64,000 nucleotides of DNA from a virus. Below, in pieces: positions 8,509-18,958 of this stretch (position 1 is the stretch's first letter; each line of letters begins with the position of its first letter). The position numbers and the translations under genes were made by a program. The notes beneath the pieces are model-generated. The model saw only the letters and a program-made list of their open reading frames with translations. It had not been told where the DNA came from and made no database searches. The stretch is from positions 64,001 to 128,000 of IMG/VR virus record IMGVR_UViG_3300042449_000993; one strand, 5' to 3'.

Positions 8509-11118
8509 ATGAAGGTAACGGTTGGATCAAATAGTAATACATCATTCCAACCAGCAACAGACAGAGGTTCTGGTGCTGCCATAACTGTCAATCCACCTGC
8601 AGGTTCTACTGTTAAAATCTCAACAGTTGGTGGTGCTGGCACAGGACCTGCATACGATCAAGCAAACATTGCTAGATCTACTGCGAATAGTGCTTATGGA
8701 CAAGCCAACGCTGCATACAATGCGGCAAATAGCGCCAAAGTCACGGTGTATGCAAATAGTGGTGCAGCCAACGCAACCACACAAAATATTAATTTTGTAA
8801 ACACATCGTCGATTCTTGTCACAGTTGCAAATACAAACGGAAATGCAAATATTTCGTTTGCAGTCACTGGTGCTGCTGCTGGTGATGCGTATGATCAAGC
8901 AAATGCGGCAAGAGACCAAGCAAATACAGCACTTAATGTTGCTAATGGCGCATATAGTCAAGCCAACGGAGCATATGCCCAAGCAAATGGTGCTTACTCG
9001 CAAGCAAACGGAGCATATAATCAGGCTAATGGTGCATATGCTCAAGCCAATGGTGCATATGCTCAGGCTAATGGAGCATACTCTCAAGCAAATAGTGCTT
9101 ACAATCAAGCCAATGATGCATACAGTCAAGCGAATGCTGGATATGCAACTGCTAATGCGGCTTATGCGACAGCAAACACTAAATTAAGTTTATCTGGTGG
9201 TACAATTACAGGACCAATTAGTGGATTAGGAAATTCTAAACTAGACCTTACTACTTTCGGAGCCAACACCGCATATCTAACAACTACTGATAATGATTCT
9301 ACTGCATTGTTTATGGGAGCGGTGTCTGCTGAGTTATACGCTAATACATATGTTCAAATTAGAGCCAATACTGGAGGAGCATCACAAAACTGGACATTTG
9401 GTGCAGATGGTACATTAACATTTCCAGACACAACAGTACAAACTACAGCCTTTACAACCGAATTAACTAATGCAATCTCAAATACGGTATCAACTGTATC
9501 GACAATTGCAAATGCCGCATACGATAAAGCAAACACTGCACTAGATATCGCGAACGGCGCATATGGTCAAGCCAACGTTGCGCGCACTACTGCAAACGAT
9601 GCATATGATCAAGCGAATACCGCTAGAAACACTTCCAACAGCGCATATCTACAAGCAAATAATGCTTATGATACAGCCAATTTAAAACTTAATATTTCTG
9701 GTGGAACCATTAATGGTTCATTGAATATCAGTGGAAATTTATTTGTTAGTGGCAACACATCATATATTAATGTTTCAACATTTGTTGTTGATGATGCATT
9801 AATTTATCTCGGCGCAAATAATACTCTTAGCGATGTTGTTGACATAGGATTTATTGGTGCGAAAAACAGTGGTCCATCAGTAACTCATACTGGTCTTGTT
9901 CGTGATGCTGGAGATGGTACTTGGTATTTGTTCGATAATTTGCCAGATTCAGGTCATCAAAATAACGTAGTTGATTTTGCAAACACCACGCTTGCAACAC
10001 TTCGAGCAAATATCGCTGCAAATAGTATTCTTTTAGTTGGAAACGTCGTTGCTACTCAAGCCAACTTAACTCTTGCGTTCAATCAAGCAAACACGGCGAG
10101 AACAACTGCCAACGATGCATATGGACAAGCCAATTCTGCTAGAGACCAAGCGAACACCGCTAGAGATCAAGCCAATACCGCCAGAAATCAAGCAAATTCA
10201 GCCTACGCAGATTCTAATACTCGAGTCTTAAAATCTGGCGATACAATGACAGGTCAATTGAACATCAGTTCAGGTGGCTTGATTGTTACTGGTAATATTA
10301 CCACAACAGGAGCAAGTGGTGATATTAGTGGCGTTAATACAATATATGCTGGAACTTTCTCAACAACTGCTGGGTTGAATGTAACTGCTCAAGCAGCAAA
10401 TGCATACGATCAGGCAAATAATGCCAGAAATCAAGCGAACACAGCTCGCGATCAAGCGAATACCGCCAGAACAACGGCGAATGATTCTTATGGCGCAGCA
10501 AATACAGCAAACACTAATGCATTAAATGCTTATGCTCAAGCCAATGCCGCTTATGATGCAGCCAATAATGCTAAAATAACGGTATTCCAGAACAATGCTT
10601 CAGGAATAACCACTCAAAATCTAAATTTTGTCAATACATCAACTGTAACTGTAAGTGTTCAGAATAGTAGTGGAAACGCAAATATATCATTCACCTCTAT
10701 CGGTGGTGTTCAAGATTATTCTTATAATACGACTTCAACCTCTACCGAAACTGTAGATTCGTGGTCAACTACAGCCTTCCGAAGCGGTAAGTATCAAATT
10801 CAAGTCTCCAGCTCTGTGGGTTATTTGACTTGCGAGATCGCTCTGCTTCATGCAGGAAATGTCACAAACATGTTACAGTATGGAAACGTTTCTATTGGTG
10901 CACCAGTTGGCGTATTCACATCGGATGTAAATAACGGTAATGTTCGTCTTCGATTTGCAGCAACCGACATTACGACAAGAATTAGATACTTCAGATCATT
11001 GTTAATTAATGATTCTGGATTCGACCCAGAAGTTCTCCCAACAGATCTCATGACTGGTATCGACACATACGATCTGATGGAAGTTCTCTACCTCATACCG
11101 ACAGATCTAAATGCATAG
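8509..11118 (+). CDS. Long fibre protein with A-x-x-Q-A-N-x heptad coiled-coil repeats
   Basis: 869 aa; AYxQANG/ARDQANT heptads alternating with GGTITG / GDTMTG beta knobs. Confidence 0.7.
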   Translation: MKVTVGSNSNTSFQPATDRGSGAAITVNPPAGSTVKISTVGGAGTGPAYDQANIARSTANSAYGQANAAYNAANSAKVTVYANSGAANATTQNINFVNTSSILVTVANTNGNANISFAVTGAAAGDAYDQANAARDQANTALNVANGAYSQANGAYAQANGAYSQANGAYNQANGAYAQANGAYAQANGAYSQANSAYNQANDAYSQANAGYATANAAYATANTKLSLSGGTITGPISGLGNSKLDLTTFGANTAYLTTTDNDSTALFMGAVSAELYANTYVQIRANTGGASQNWTFGADGTLTFPDTTVQTTAFTTELTNAISNTVSTVSTIANAAYDKANTALDIANGAYGQANVARTTANDAYDQANTARNTSNSAYLQANNAYDTANLKLNISGGTINGSLNISGNLFVSGNTSYINVSTFVVDDALIYLGANNTLSDVVDIGFIGAKNSGPSVTHTGLVRDAGDGTWYLFDNLPDSGHQNNVVDFANTTLATLRANIAANSILLVGNVVATQANLTLAFNQANTARTTANDAYGQANSARDQANTARDQANTARNQANSAYADSNTRVLKSGDTMTGQLNISSGGLIVTGNITTTGASGDISGVNTIYAGTFSTTAGLNVTAQAANAYDQANNARNQANTARDQANTARTTANDSYGAANTANTNALNAYAQANAAYDAANNAKITVFQNNASGITTQNLNFVNTSTVTVSVQNSSGNANISFTSIGGVQDYSYNTTSTSTETVDSWSTTAFRSGKYQIQVSSSVGYLTCEIALLHAGNVTNMLQYGNVSIGAPVGVFTSDVNNGNVRLRFAATDITTRIRYFRSLLINDSGFDPEVLPTDLMTGIDTYDLMEVLYLIPTDLNA

Positions 11119-11132
11119 GTCTTATAGGATTT

Positions 11133-11140
11133 TATAAATA
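11133..11140 (+). promoter_or_regulatory. T4-type late promoter
   Basis: TATAAATA upstream of ATG 11178. Confidence 0.75.
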
Positions 11141-11177
11141 TATCGTTGATTAAAACTAGAATTTAAGAGTACTCTAA

Positions 11178-14100
11178 ATGCCAACAACATTACAATTTAG
11201 AAGATACGATACAGCAAATATTGCCAATACAACTGGTGCTGTTGGTGAAATCTTCATTGATATGGATAAAGACACTATCGTTGTTCAGGATGGTGTTACT
11301 TCTGGTGGATTTCCTCTGGCTAGAGAGTCTGCTCTTATTTCTGCATATGGTGGTGCTAATGCAGCCTACGATCAAGCCAACAGTGCTCGAGATCAAGCCA
11401 ATACTGCCAGAGACCAGGCAAATACTGCTCGAACAACCGCCAACGATGCGTACAATACAGCAAATACAAAACTTTCAAGTTCTGGTGGAACAATCAGTGG
11501 AAATCTTGTAATTTCTGGAAATTTAGAAGTTTTAGGAAATAGCACCACACTTAATGTTGAAACTCTTCTCGTTGAAGATAATGAAATTGTTCTAAATGCG
11601 AACGTGGTCGGCGCACCATCATTAAATGCGTTCATTACGGTAAATCGCGGATCAAATCAAAATTCAGCTCTAGTTTGGTCTGAAGTTGGAATTGGGTATT
11701 GGGGTTGGTCTGACGGTGATGGAGTTATCTACTTCGATTCGTTAAGAGCAGCCACTGTTGCAACAAATACTGCTCTTAATCAAATAAACGCAACAATTGT
11801 CAATGTTAACACAAATGTTGCCACAGTTTATGATCAAGCAAATGCCGCTCGCAATCAAGCAAATACGGCTAACACTAATGCGAGTACCGCCAAAGGACAA
11901 GCAGATATAGCTCGAGATCAAGCGAACGTTGCTCGTACGACTGCTAATGATTCATATGGTCAAGCGAACACTGCTAGAGACCAAGCAAACACCGCACGCG
12001 ATACTGCTAATGGAGCATACGACCAAGCAAATGGTGCGTATGGTCAGGCTAACGGCGCATATGCTCATGCAAATATTGTTTACGATCAAGCGAATACTGC
12101 TCGTAATCAGGCAAATACTGCGCGAGACACAGCAAACGGCGCATACGATCAAGCAAACGCAGCATATGGCGACGCCAATACTCGAGTGTTGAAGGCTGGC
12201 GATACAATGACTGGTGCACTAAATGTACAGTCAAATGTAACAGCTGTTGGATTCTTGAGCAGCAAAACAACTCTTCAAGCACCAAGCACCACAAACTTTA
12301 ATGGTGAACGTGTTCGTCTTTATGACTTTAACGAAGCAGGTCACCCAAACTATGCAATTGGCGTTGAAACAAACTTTATTTGGAGTGGCACAGACGAAAA
12401 TAACGGTCAAACTGGTTTCGCGTGGTATGGAAATACTACACGAAATGCTATTATGCGTTCCAATGGTACGTTGCAATTAAGCAATACTGTTGAAGCAAAA
12501 GTTATTCGCGCTAATGGTACTGGCACTGCAATTGATGCAAGTCAAGGTAACATTCTAACAAATGAAGTCACTGGTACGAAGTTTAAATTCCTTGCTGGTG
12601 CAAATACAGTAACTGTTGATGCCTCTGGTGCTCTAGCAAATTACACATTTAATCTACCGCCAACAGGTGGTGTTGCTGGTCAAGTGCTTGAAACAGATGG
12701 TAATGGAGACACTATTTGGAGCAGTAACGTTTATTCATTGACGAATACAGTTTATGATCAAGCAAATACTGCTAGAAACCAAGCCAATACTTCCAGAGAT
12801 CAAGCAAATACTGCTAGAGATCAGGCGAATAGTGCTACTGTTATTGGTGAGAATGCATACGCTCAAGCCAATACAGCTCGAGATATTGCCAATGCATCTT
12901 ATGGTCAAGCAAATGCTGCATATGATGATGCAAATACCAGAGTATTGAAATCTGGCGATACGATGACAGGAACATTAAATGTCGCTGCGTCATTAATCAC
13001 ACAGAACATTGTTCCAAATCTAAATGTAACTTACGACATTGGTACAGCTGATAAAAGATTCAATGATCTTTATCTTTCAAACAGTTCTATCTATCTTGGT
13101 GATGCAGTTCTAACTGCAAATGGTCCAGTTCTTGTTGTTTCTGGAATTGAAATTGATGGAAGTGGAAATCTAGTTGCTGCATTCGAGTCATATAATCAAG
13201 CCAATGCTGCCAGAGATCAGGCGAATACTGCCAGAGATACTGCGAATGGAGCATACGGTCAAGCAAATGGTGCTTATGCTCATGCAAACATCGTATACGA
13301 TCAAGCAAATACTGCACGTGACGCAGCTAATGCATCTTATGGGCAAGCGAATGCCGCTAGAGATCAAGCGAATACGGCTCGCGACGTTGCCAATGCATCT
13401 TATGGACAGGCAAACACTGGAAGCACTCAAGCAACTGCCGCCAGAGATCAAGCGAACGTTGCTCGTACAACTGCAAATGATTCTTATGGACAGGCGAACA
13501 CTGCTAGAGATCAGGCTAATACCGCACGCGATACTGCTAATGGAGCATACGACCAAGCAAATACTGCTCGTGACACTGCAAACAGTGCTTACAATGCAGC
13601 AAATAACGCACAAGTAACTGTTTACGCAAACAGTGCTTCTGATGTCACAACTCAGAAAATCAACTTTGTTAATACCTCCACGATTACCGTATCAGTAACA
13701 AATAGTGCTGGGAATGCAAACATTGCATTCACGGCAACTGGTGGTGCTGCTTACGATCAAGCCAATGCTGCTTACGATCAAGCAAACACTGCACGTAGTA
13801 CTGCAAATGATTCTTATGGACAAGCAAACACTGCTCGCGATGTAGCAAATGCTTCTTATGGTCAAGCAAATACCGCCAACACCAATGCATTGAATGCTTA
13901 TGATCAAGCAAATACTGCCAGAGACCAAGCGAATACTGCTCGAACAACAGCTAATGATTCATATGCTCAAGCGAATACCGCTCGCAATACTGCAAACGAC
14001 TCATATAGCCAGGCAAATACTGCTCGCAACACTGCTAATGATTCGTATGGACAAGCCAATACTGCTAGAGATACAGCCAATGGTGCGTATGGACAAGCGA

Positions 14101-16571
14101 ATACTGCTCGTGATACAGCCAATGATGCTTATGGTCAAGCAAATACCGCTAGAGATCAGGCAAATACTGCTCGCAATACCGCAAATGGTGCATATGGTCA
14201 AGCGAACACTGCTCGTGATACAGCGAATTCTGGATATGGGCAAGCAAACTCTGCGCGCGATCAAGCCAATACTGCTCGAGCAACAGCAAATGATGCTTAC
14301 GGTGCAGCAAACACTAAATTGTCGACTTCTGGTGGATCTATCAGCGGAGACTTGACAATTTCTGGTAATCTTGTTATTCAAGGTAATGCAACGACGATCA
14401 ATGTCAGCAGCTTGTCAGTTAATGACTCTATAATTTTGTTGTCAGCAAATAGTACTGGTGACGCAGAGGATATTGGTTTTGTTGGACATTATACTAATGG
14501 CGCGACAAATACTCACGCTGGTTTCTTCAGAAAAGCAACAGAAAATCAATTTTATGTCTTTGACAATTATGAAACTGAACCAACAAATAATGTCATTGAT
14601 ATTGCAAATAATAATTTTAGAATTGGTAATGTTAGACTTGGAATTTTAAATGCGAATAGCGTTTTGTTGCTCGGCAATTCAGTTGCAACTCAAGCAAATC
14701 TAACATTGGCTTACAATCAAGCCAATAGCGCAAGAGACCAAGCCAACACCGCTCGCACGACTGCAAACGATGCATATGCAGAGGCAAATAGTGCGGAAAC
14801 AATTGCGCTCAATTCATATGGTCAAGCCAATACTGCTCGCGATCAAGCGAATACTGCTCGTAATACAGCGAATTCTGGATATGGTCAAGCCAATACCGCA
14901 CGTGACACTGCAAATGGCGCTTATGGTCAGGCTAACGGCGCATATGCTCAGGCAAACACTGCTCGCGATCAGGCAAACACTGCTCGCGATCAGGCAAACA
15001 CTGCTCGTACGACTGCAAATGATTCATACGCTCAAGCGAATACTGCAAGAAATACTGCAAATGATGCATATGCTGGTGCTAATACGGCAAATACCAATGC
15101 ATTGAATGCTTATGCTCAAGCCAATAACGCTAGAGATCAGGCAAACACTGCTCGCACTACAGCCAATGATGCTTATGGTCAAGCAAATACCGCTAGAGAT
15201 CAGGCAAATACTGCTCGCACTCAAGCAAATACTGCTTACGCTCAAGCCAATGGTGCTTATGCCCATGCGAACATTGTTTATGCTCAAGCAAATACAGCAT
15301 ACGATCAAGCAAATTCTGCTCGTAACCAGGCAAATACAGCAAGAGATACTGGCAACAATGCATACGGTCAGGCAAATACTGCTCGTGACCAAGCAAATAC
15401 TGCTCGAACAACCGCCAACGATGCGTACATTCAAGCAAATTCAAATTACCAGCCAGCAGTCACAAGGCTGAATGTGACAAATAGTGGAACATCTGATTAT
15501 TTGTTTGATCAATACTCAGGCGGTGATCCAACACTTTATGTCCGTGCTGGTGAAACTATTGCATTTAATTTAAACGTTTCAGGACATCCATTCTTAATTC
15601 GTGTTTCAAGTGGTGGAGCGTTATATAACACTGGACTTACTCACGTTGCAACAAACGGAACTGTGTCCACTGAAGGCAGTGCTCAGGCTAAAGAAAGTGG
15701 AACATTATATTGGAAGGTTCCATATAACTTACTTGGAAACACTTACGTTTATCAATGTCAAGTTCATGCTGGAATGGTTGGCAATATTGTAATTGAACCA
15801 CCTGGAACAATTGCATATGCACAAGCCAACGCTGCGTATGGGCAAGCAAACTCAGCCAGAGATCAAGCAAATACCGCTCGTACTCAAGCAAACACAGCAC
15901 GCGATACTGCAAATGCTGCGTATGGACAAGCGAACACGGCTCGTGACACAGCGAATGCTGCTTACGGCGCAGCAAATACAGCTGGTACAAATGCGCTAAA
16001 CGCATACGAACAAGCAAATACCGCTAGAGGTCAAGCGAATACTGCTAGAGACCAAGCAAACACCGCTCGTACTCAAGCGAATACGGCTTACGGACAAGCC
16101 AACGCCGCCTATGGTCAAGCGAATGCTGCTTATGGTCAAGCGAATTCTGCTTATGGTGCAGCAAACAATGCAGTATTGAAGGCTGGCGACACCATGACTG
16201 GTGTGTTGGTTGTTCCAGGTATTCGTAATTCAGGTAACTTGATTCTTGGTACTGTTGCAAATACAAATACCAATGGCGCCAATACATTGAATCTTGCTCA
16301 ATCAAACTTCTTTACAAGAACTTTGACAGCAAACTCCACGATCACCTTCTCAAATGCTCCAGCAAGTGGCAACTCGCAGTCGTTCACGCTTGTTATTGTT
16401 CAAGATGGTGTGGGTAATCGCGGCATAACTTGGGCAAATACGATTTATTGGGCAGGTGGCGAAGTTCCTCCGCAAACTTTGACAGCAAACTACCGAGACG
16501 TTTGGCAGTTTGCGACATATGATGGTGGATCAACCTACTTTGGAACTTTGGCTATTAAGGATGCACGCTAA
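11178..16571 (+). CDS. Giant tail fibre: Mtd_N-like N-terminus, heptad stalk, cupredoxin-like domain
   Basis: 1797 aa; LQFRR...GAVGEIFIDMDKDTIVVQDGVTSGG at the N-terminus; extensive ARDQANT heptads; GHPF...YQCQVHAGMVG. Confidence 0.75.
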   Translation: MPTTLQFRRYDTANIANTTGAVGEIFIDMDKDTIVVQDGVTSGGFPLARESALISAYGGANAAYDQANSARDQANTARDQANTARTTANDAYNTANTKLSSSGGTISGNLVISGNLEVLGNSTTLNVETLLVEDNEIVLNANVVGAPSLNAFITVNRGSNQNSALVWSEVGIGYWGWSDGDGVIYFDSLRAATVATNTALNQINATIVNVNTNVATVYDQANAARNQANTANTNASTAKGQADIARDQANVARTTANDSYGQANTARDQANTARDTANGAYDQANGAYGQANGAYAHANIVYDQANTARNQANTARDTANGAYDQANAAYGDANTRVLKAGDTMTGALNVQSNVTAVGFLSSKTTLQAPSTTNFNGERVRLYDFNEAGHPNYAIGVETNFIWSGTDENNGQTGFAWYGNTTRNAIMRSNGTLQLSNTVEAKVIRANGTGTAIDASQGNILTNEVTGTKFKFLAGANTVTVDASGALANYTFNLPPTGGVAGQVLETDGNGDTIWSSNVYSLTNTVYDQANTARNQANTSRDQANTARDQANSATVIGENAYAQANTARDIANASYGQANAAYDDANTRVLKSGDTMTGTLNVAASLITQNIVPNLNVTYDIGTADKRFNDLYLSNSSIYLGDAVLTANGPVLVVSGIEIDGSGNLVAAFESYNQANAARDQANTARDTANGAYGQANGAYAHANIVYDQANTARDAANASYGQANAARDQANTARDVANASYGQANTGSTQATAARDQANVARTTANDSYGQANTARDQANTARDTANGAYDQANTARDTANSAYNAANNAQVTVYANSASDVTTQKINFVNTSTITVSVTNSAGNANIAFTATGGAAYDQANAAYDQANTARSTANDSYGQANTARDVANASYGQANTANTNALNAYDQANTARDQANTARTTANDSYAQANTARNTANDSYSQANTARNTANDSYGQANTARDTANGAYGQANTARDTANDAYGQANTARDQANTARNTANGAYGQANTARDTANSGYGQANSARDQANTARATANDAYGAANTKLSTSGGSISGDLTISGNLVIQGNATTINVSSLSVNDSIILLSANSTGDAEDIGFVGHYTNGATNTHAGFFRKATENQFYVFDNYETEPTNNVIDIANNNFRIGNVRLGILNANSVLLLGNSVATQANLTLAYNQANSARDQANTARTTANDAYAEANSAETIALNSYGQANTARDQANTARNTANSGYGQANTARDTANGAYGQANGAYAQANTARDQANTARDQANTARTTANDSYAQANTARNTANDAYAGANTANTNALNAYAQANNARDQANTARTTANDAYGQANTARDQANTARTQANTAYAQANGAYAHANIVYAQANTAYDQANSARNQANTARDTGNNAYGQANTARDQANTARTTANDAYIQANSNYQPAVTRLNVTNSGTSDYLFDQYSGGDPTLYVRAGETIAFNLNVSGHPFLIRVSSGGALYNTGLTHVATNGTVSTEGSAQAKESGTLYWKVPYNLLGNTYVYQCQVHAGMVGNIVIEPPGTIAYAQANAAYGQANSARDQANTARTQANTARDTANAAYGQANTARDTANAAYGAANTAGTNALNAYEQANTARGQANTARDQANTARTQANTAYGQANAAYGQANAAYGQANSAYGAANNAVLKAGDTMTGVLVVPGIRNSGNLILGTVANTNTNGANTLNLAQSNFFTRTLTANSTITFSNAPASGNSQSFTLVIVQDGVGNRGITWANTIYWAGGEVPPQTLTANYRDVWQFATYDGGSTYFGTLAIKDAR
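14949..15007 (+). repeat. Exact 21-bp tandem repeat (caggcaaacactgctcgcgat, about 2.8 copies) in the fibre gene
   Basis: Read directly. Confidence 0.85.
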
Positions 16572-16603
16572 ATAAATTATAATTAACGATATGTGATTTT
16601 ATT

Positions 16604-17617
16604 ATGAAGATACATGTACTTGCTATTCCAACCAAGCCAACTGGTTTAATGGATCGCATGGAAGCATTTTCCGTGCATGCCTACAAATACATTAAACATC
16701 TCTCACCTCATTTTGAAATGATTCATTATGGGCTTGAGGGATCTACAGTTGATTGTAGACATATTGATGTTGCAGCGCATGACAATAATGATCTTGAAAA
16801 ATTCAATCGATCTGCTGCTCAAGCAATACAAAAGAATAAATCGCCTGGTGATATTATTGCCTGCTTCTATGGCACAGAAAATCAACTGGCATGCGATTTA
16901 AATTCAGATTGTCAATCTCTTGAGCCATCAATTGGTTATAGAACCAGCTGTGTGTTTGCCAAATATAAAGCATTCACATCATACGCTCACATGCATATGT
17001 TTTATGGCGAGCGAAATATGGTAAACAACCCTTCTTGGTATGATACAGTAATTCCAAATCCATTTACTATTTCTGAATTCGATTATCAATCTAAAAAACA
17101 TGACTACTATGTTTGCATGGGCAGAGTTGTTCCAGAAAAGGGTATACATTTGGCAATTCAAGCGACGCAACAACTTAATCGTAAACTTGTAATCGCAGGA
17201 CCAGCAACAGATTTAAAACATTTAGGATACGATAAAATTCCAGACCACGTTGAATTGGTTGGTTATCTAGAACCGAAAAAGAGAAATGAATTGCTTGGTA
17301 GAGCAAAGGCACTTTTAGGTCTAACTTATTATGTTGAGCCATTTGGAAATATGGTTATTGAAGCAAATTTGTGCGGCACTCCAGTAATTACAACAGATTG
17401 GGGTGCATTTCCAGAAACCGTATTTGAAGGAAAAACTGGATATAGAGTTAATGATTTTAAATCGTTGATTCAAGCCATGATTAATGTTGAAAGCGGTGTA
17501 ATGATTAATCCTCGCGATTGTAGATTTTGGGGAGAAAGATTCTCAGATGAAATCGTTCATGAAAAACATAAAGCCTATCTAGAAAAAATTATAACAAATA
17601 ATTTTTATGCGCTCTAA
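16604..17617 (+). CDS. Glycosyltransferase family 4 (GT-B)
   Basis: GRVVPEKGIH, EPFGNMVIEANLCGTPVI. Confidence 0.9.
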   Translation: MKIHVLAIPTKPTGLMDRMEAFSVHAYKYIKHLSPHFEMIHYGLEGSTVDCRHIDVAAHDNNDLEKFNRSAAQAIQKNKSPGDIIACFYGTENQLACDLNSDCQSLEPSIGYRTSCVFAKYKAFTSYAHMHMFYGERNMVNNPSWYDTVIPNPFTISEFDYQSKKHDYYVCMGRVVPEKGIHLAIQATQQLNRKLVIAGPATDLKHLGYDKIPDHVELVGYLEPKKRNELLGRAKALLGLTYYVEPFGNMVIEANLCGTPVITTDWGAFPETVFEGKTGYRVNDFKSLIQAMINVESGVMINPRDCRFWGERFSDEIVHEKHKAYLEKIITNNFYAL

Positions 17618-18356
17618 ACTATTTGTAATCACCTCTGTAATTGAACCGACTGCAGCACCATTAACATATAGTAATAGTCGCTCATTTTTTACAACGGAAG
17701 AAAGACTTCGGCAAACGTTTTCTACAGTAAATAGTATTCAAAATGCTTTTCCTGATGCAAATATTGTATTGCTAGATGGCTCAAATACAAATTTCTCAGG
17801 ATATTTTGGTTATATCAAAAACTTTAAATATGTCTCATTAAAAGAAATAGACTCTGATGTTTGCGAGATTGTAAATAATCATAAACATAAATCATATTGT
17901 GAATGTCTTATGCTTAAAACATTCTACGAGAAATTTAAAGATTATATTCTTGAGCATGACTATACGTTTAAAGTTAGTGGAAGATATCTTGTTTTTGATA
18001 TGAACAATCATTTGTTTACGGAAGAAAACAAAAACAAAATCTTTTTTAAGAATAAATTGATTCATGAATGGCAAGATTATTGGGGATATAATTACGTTGA
18101 TCGGAGAGAGCAACAACAGAATAATAAGTTGTATCAATACTCTACCGTATTATATGGATTTGGAACTCAACAATTAGATACTTTTATTGAGTTGCATAAT
18201 AAAACGATTGATTTTTTATCTGATTCGAATAATCATCATTTTGATATGGAAACATTATTCTATTTTTATATGAGAGATCATGAAGATAAAATAATCGAAA
18301 CAGATTGGAGAGTTTCGGGATGGCTAGGACCGTGCGGAACATTTGTGTTCTATTGA
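17607..18356 (+). CDS. Hypothetical protein, possibly glycosyltransferase-like
   Basis: 249 aa overlapping the GT4 gene; FVITS, LLDGS, FKVSGRY. Confidence 0.45.
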   Translation: MRSKLFVITSVIEPTAAPLTYSNSRSFFTTEERLRQTFSTVNSIQNAFPDANIVLLDGSNTNFSGYFGYIKNFKYVSLKEIDSDVCEIVNNHKHKSYCECLMLKTFYEKFKDYILEHDYTFKVSGRYLVFDMNNHLFTEENKNKIFFKNKLIHEWQDYWGYNYVDRREQQQNNKLYQYSTVLYGFGTQQLDTFIELHNKTIDFLSDSNNHHFDMETLFYFYMRDHEDKIIETDWRVSGWLGPCGTFVFY

Positions 18357-18365
18357 GGTAATATT

Positions 18366-18914
18366 ATGAAAGTAAATCTTATTATTGTAGACAATTTTTA
18401 TATCAATCCAGATTCGGTTCGAAGTTATGCTCTTTCTCAGCCATTTGGAGTCATCGGAAACTACCCTGGAAAGAGAACTGCTCCTTATTTGGGAGATGAT
18501 GTGAAAAATGCTATCCAATCAATCGTTTATAATGCAGGTGGAAAGGTTACAGATTGGCTAGAAAATAGTGGATATGATGGTGCTTTTCAAATTTGCACAT
18601 CTCAAGATAGAACGTGGATTCATGCTGATACTTACAATACTTGGGCTGGAGTTTGTTATTTAAATCCTGATCCACCACTATCCTCTGGAACGGCACTCTA
18701 TCGCTATAAAGAAACGAAAGAGTATGTAAAAACAAACAATGATTACGACGGATATGATTATACCAAGTGGGAGATGACCGATTATGTCTCTAACAGATAT
18801 AATCGGTTAGTTTTGTATCGCGGTGCGCTATATCACTGCTCTCATCACTATTTCGGCACTAATATTTACGATGGACGCCTATTCCAGACCTTCTTCTTCA
18901 ATACAGAATTTTAA
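18366..18914 (+). CDS. 2OG-Fe(II) oxygenase (DUF6445-like)
   Basis: IIVDNFYINPD, YPGKRT, WIHAD, WAGVCYL, NRYNRLVLY, HCS, RLFQTFF. Confidence 0.75.
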   Translation: MKVNLIIVDNFYINPDSVRSYALSQPFGVIGNYPGKRTAPYLGDDVKNAIQSIVYNAGGKVTDWLENSGYDGAFQICTSQDRTWIHADTYNTWAGVCYLNPDPPLSSGTALYRYKETKEYVKTNNDYDGYDYTKWEMTDYVSNRYNRLVLYRGALYHCSHHYFGTNIYDGRLFQTFFFNTEF

Positions 18915-18927
18915 ATTTGTAGAATCG

Positions 18928-18935
18928 ACTAAATA
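18928..18935 (+). promoter_or_regulatory. Late promoter variant ACTAAATA
   Basis: Upstream of gp13; the same variant precedes gp18 and the prohead core genes. Confidence 0.6.
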
Positions 18936-18958
18936 TATCGATAGCAGAGAGGTTTCAA

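Noticed and set aside
11178-11330. Mtd_N-like domain and AAY-rich repeats as a diversity-generating retroelement
   Set aside because: No reverse transcriptase and no TR/VR pair differing only at adenines is visible in the window.
3243-16305. Many minus-strand and alternate-frame ORFs over the repeat and fibre genes
   Set aside because: They are shadows of low-complexity repeats, lying inside well-supported + strand genes.
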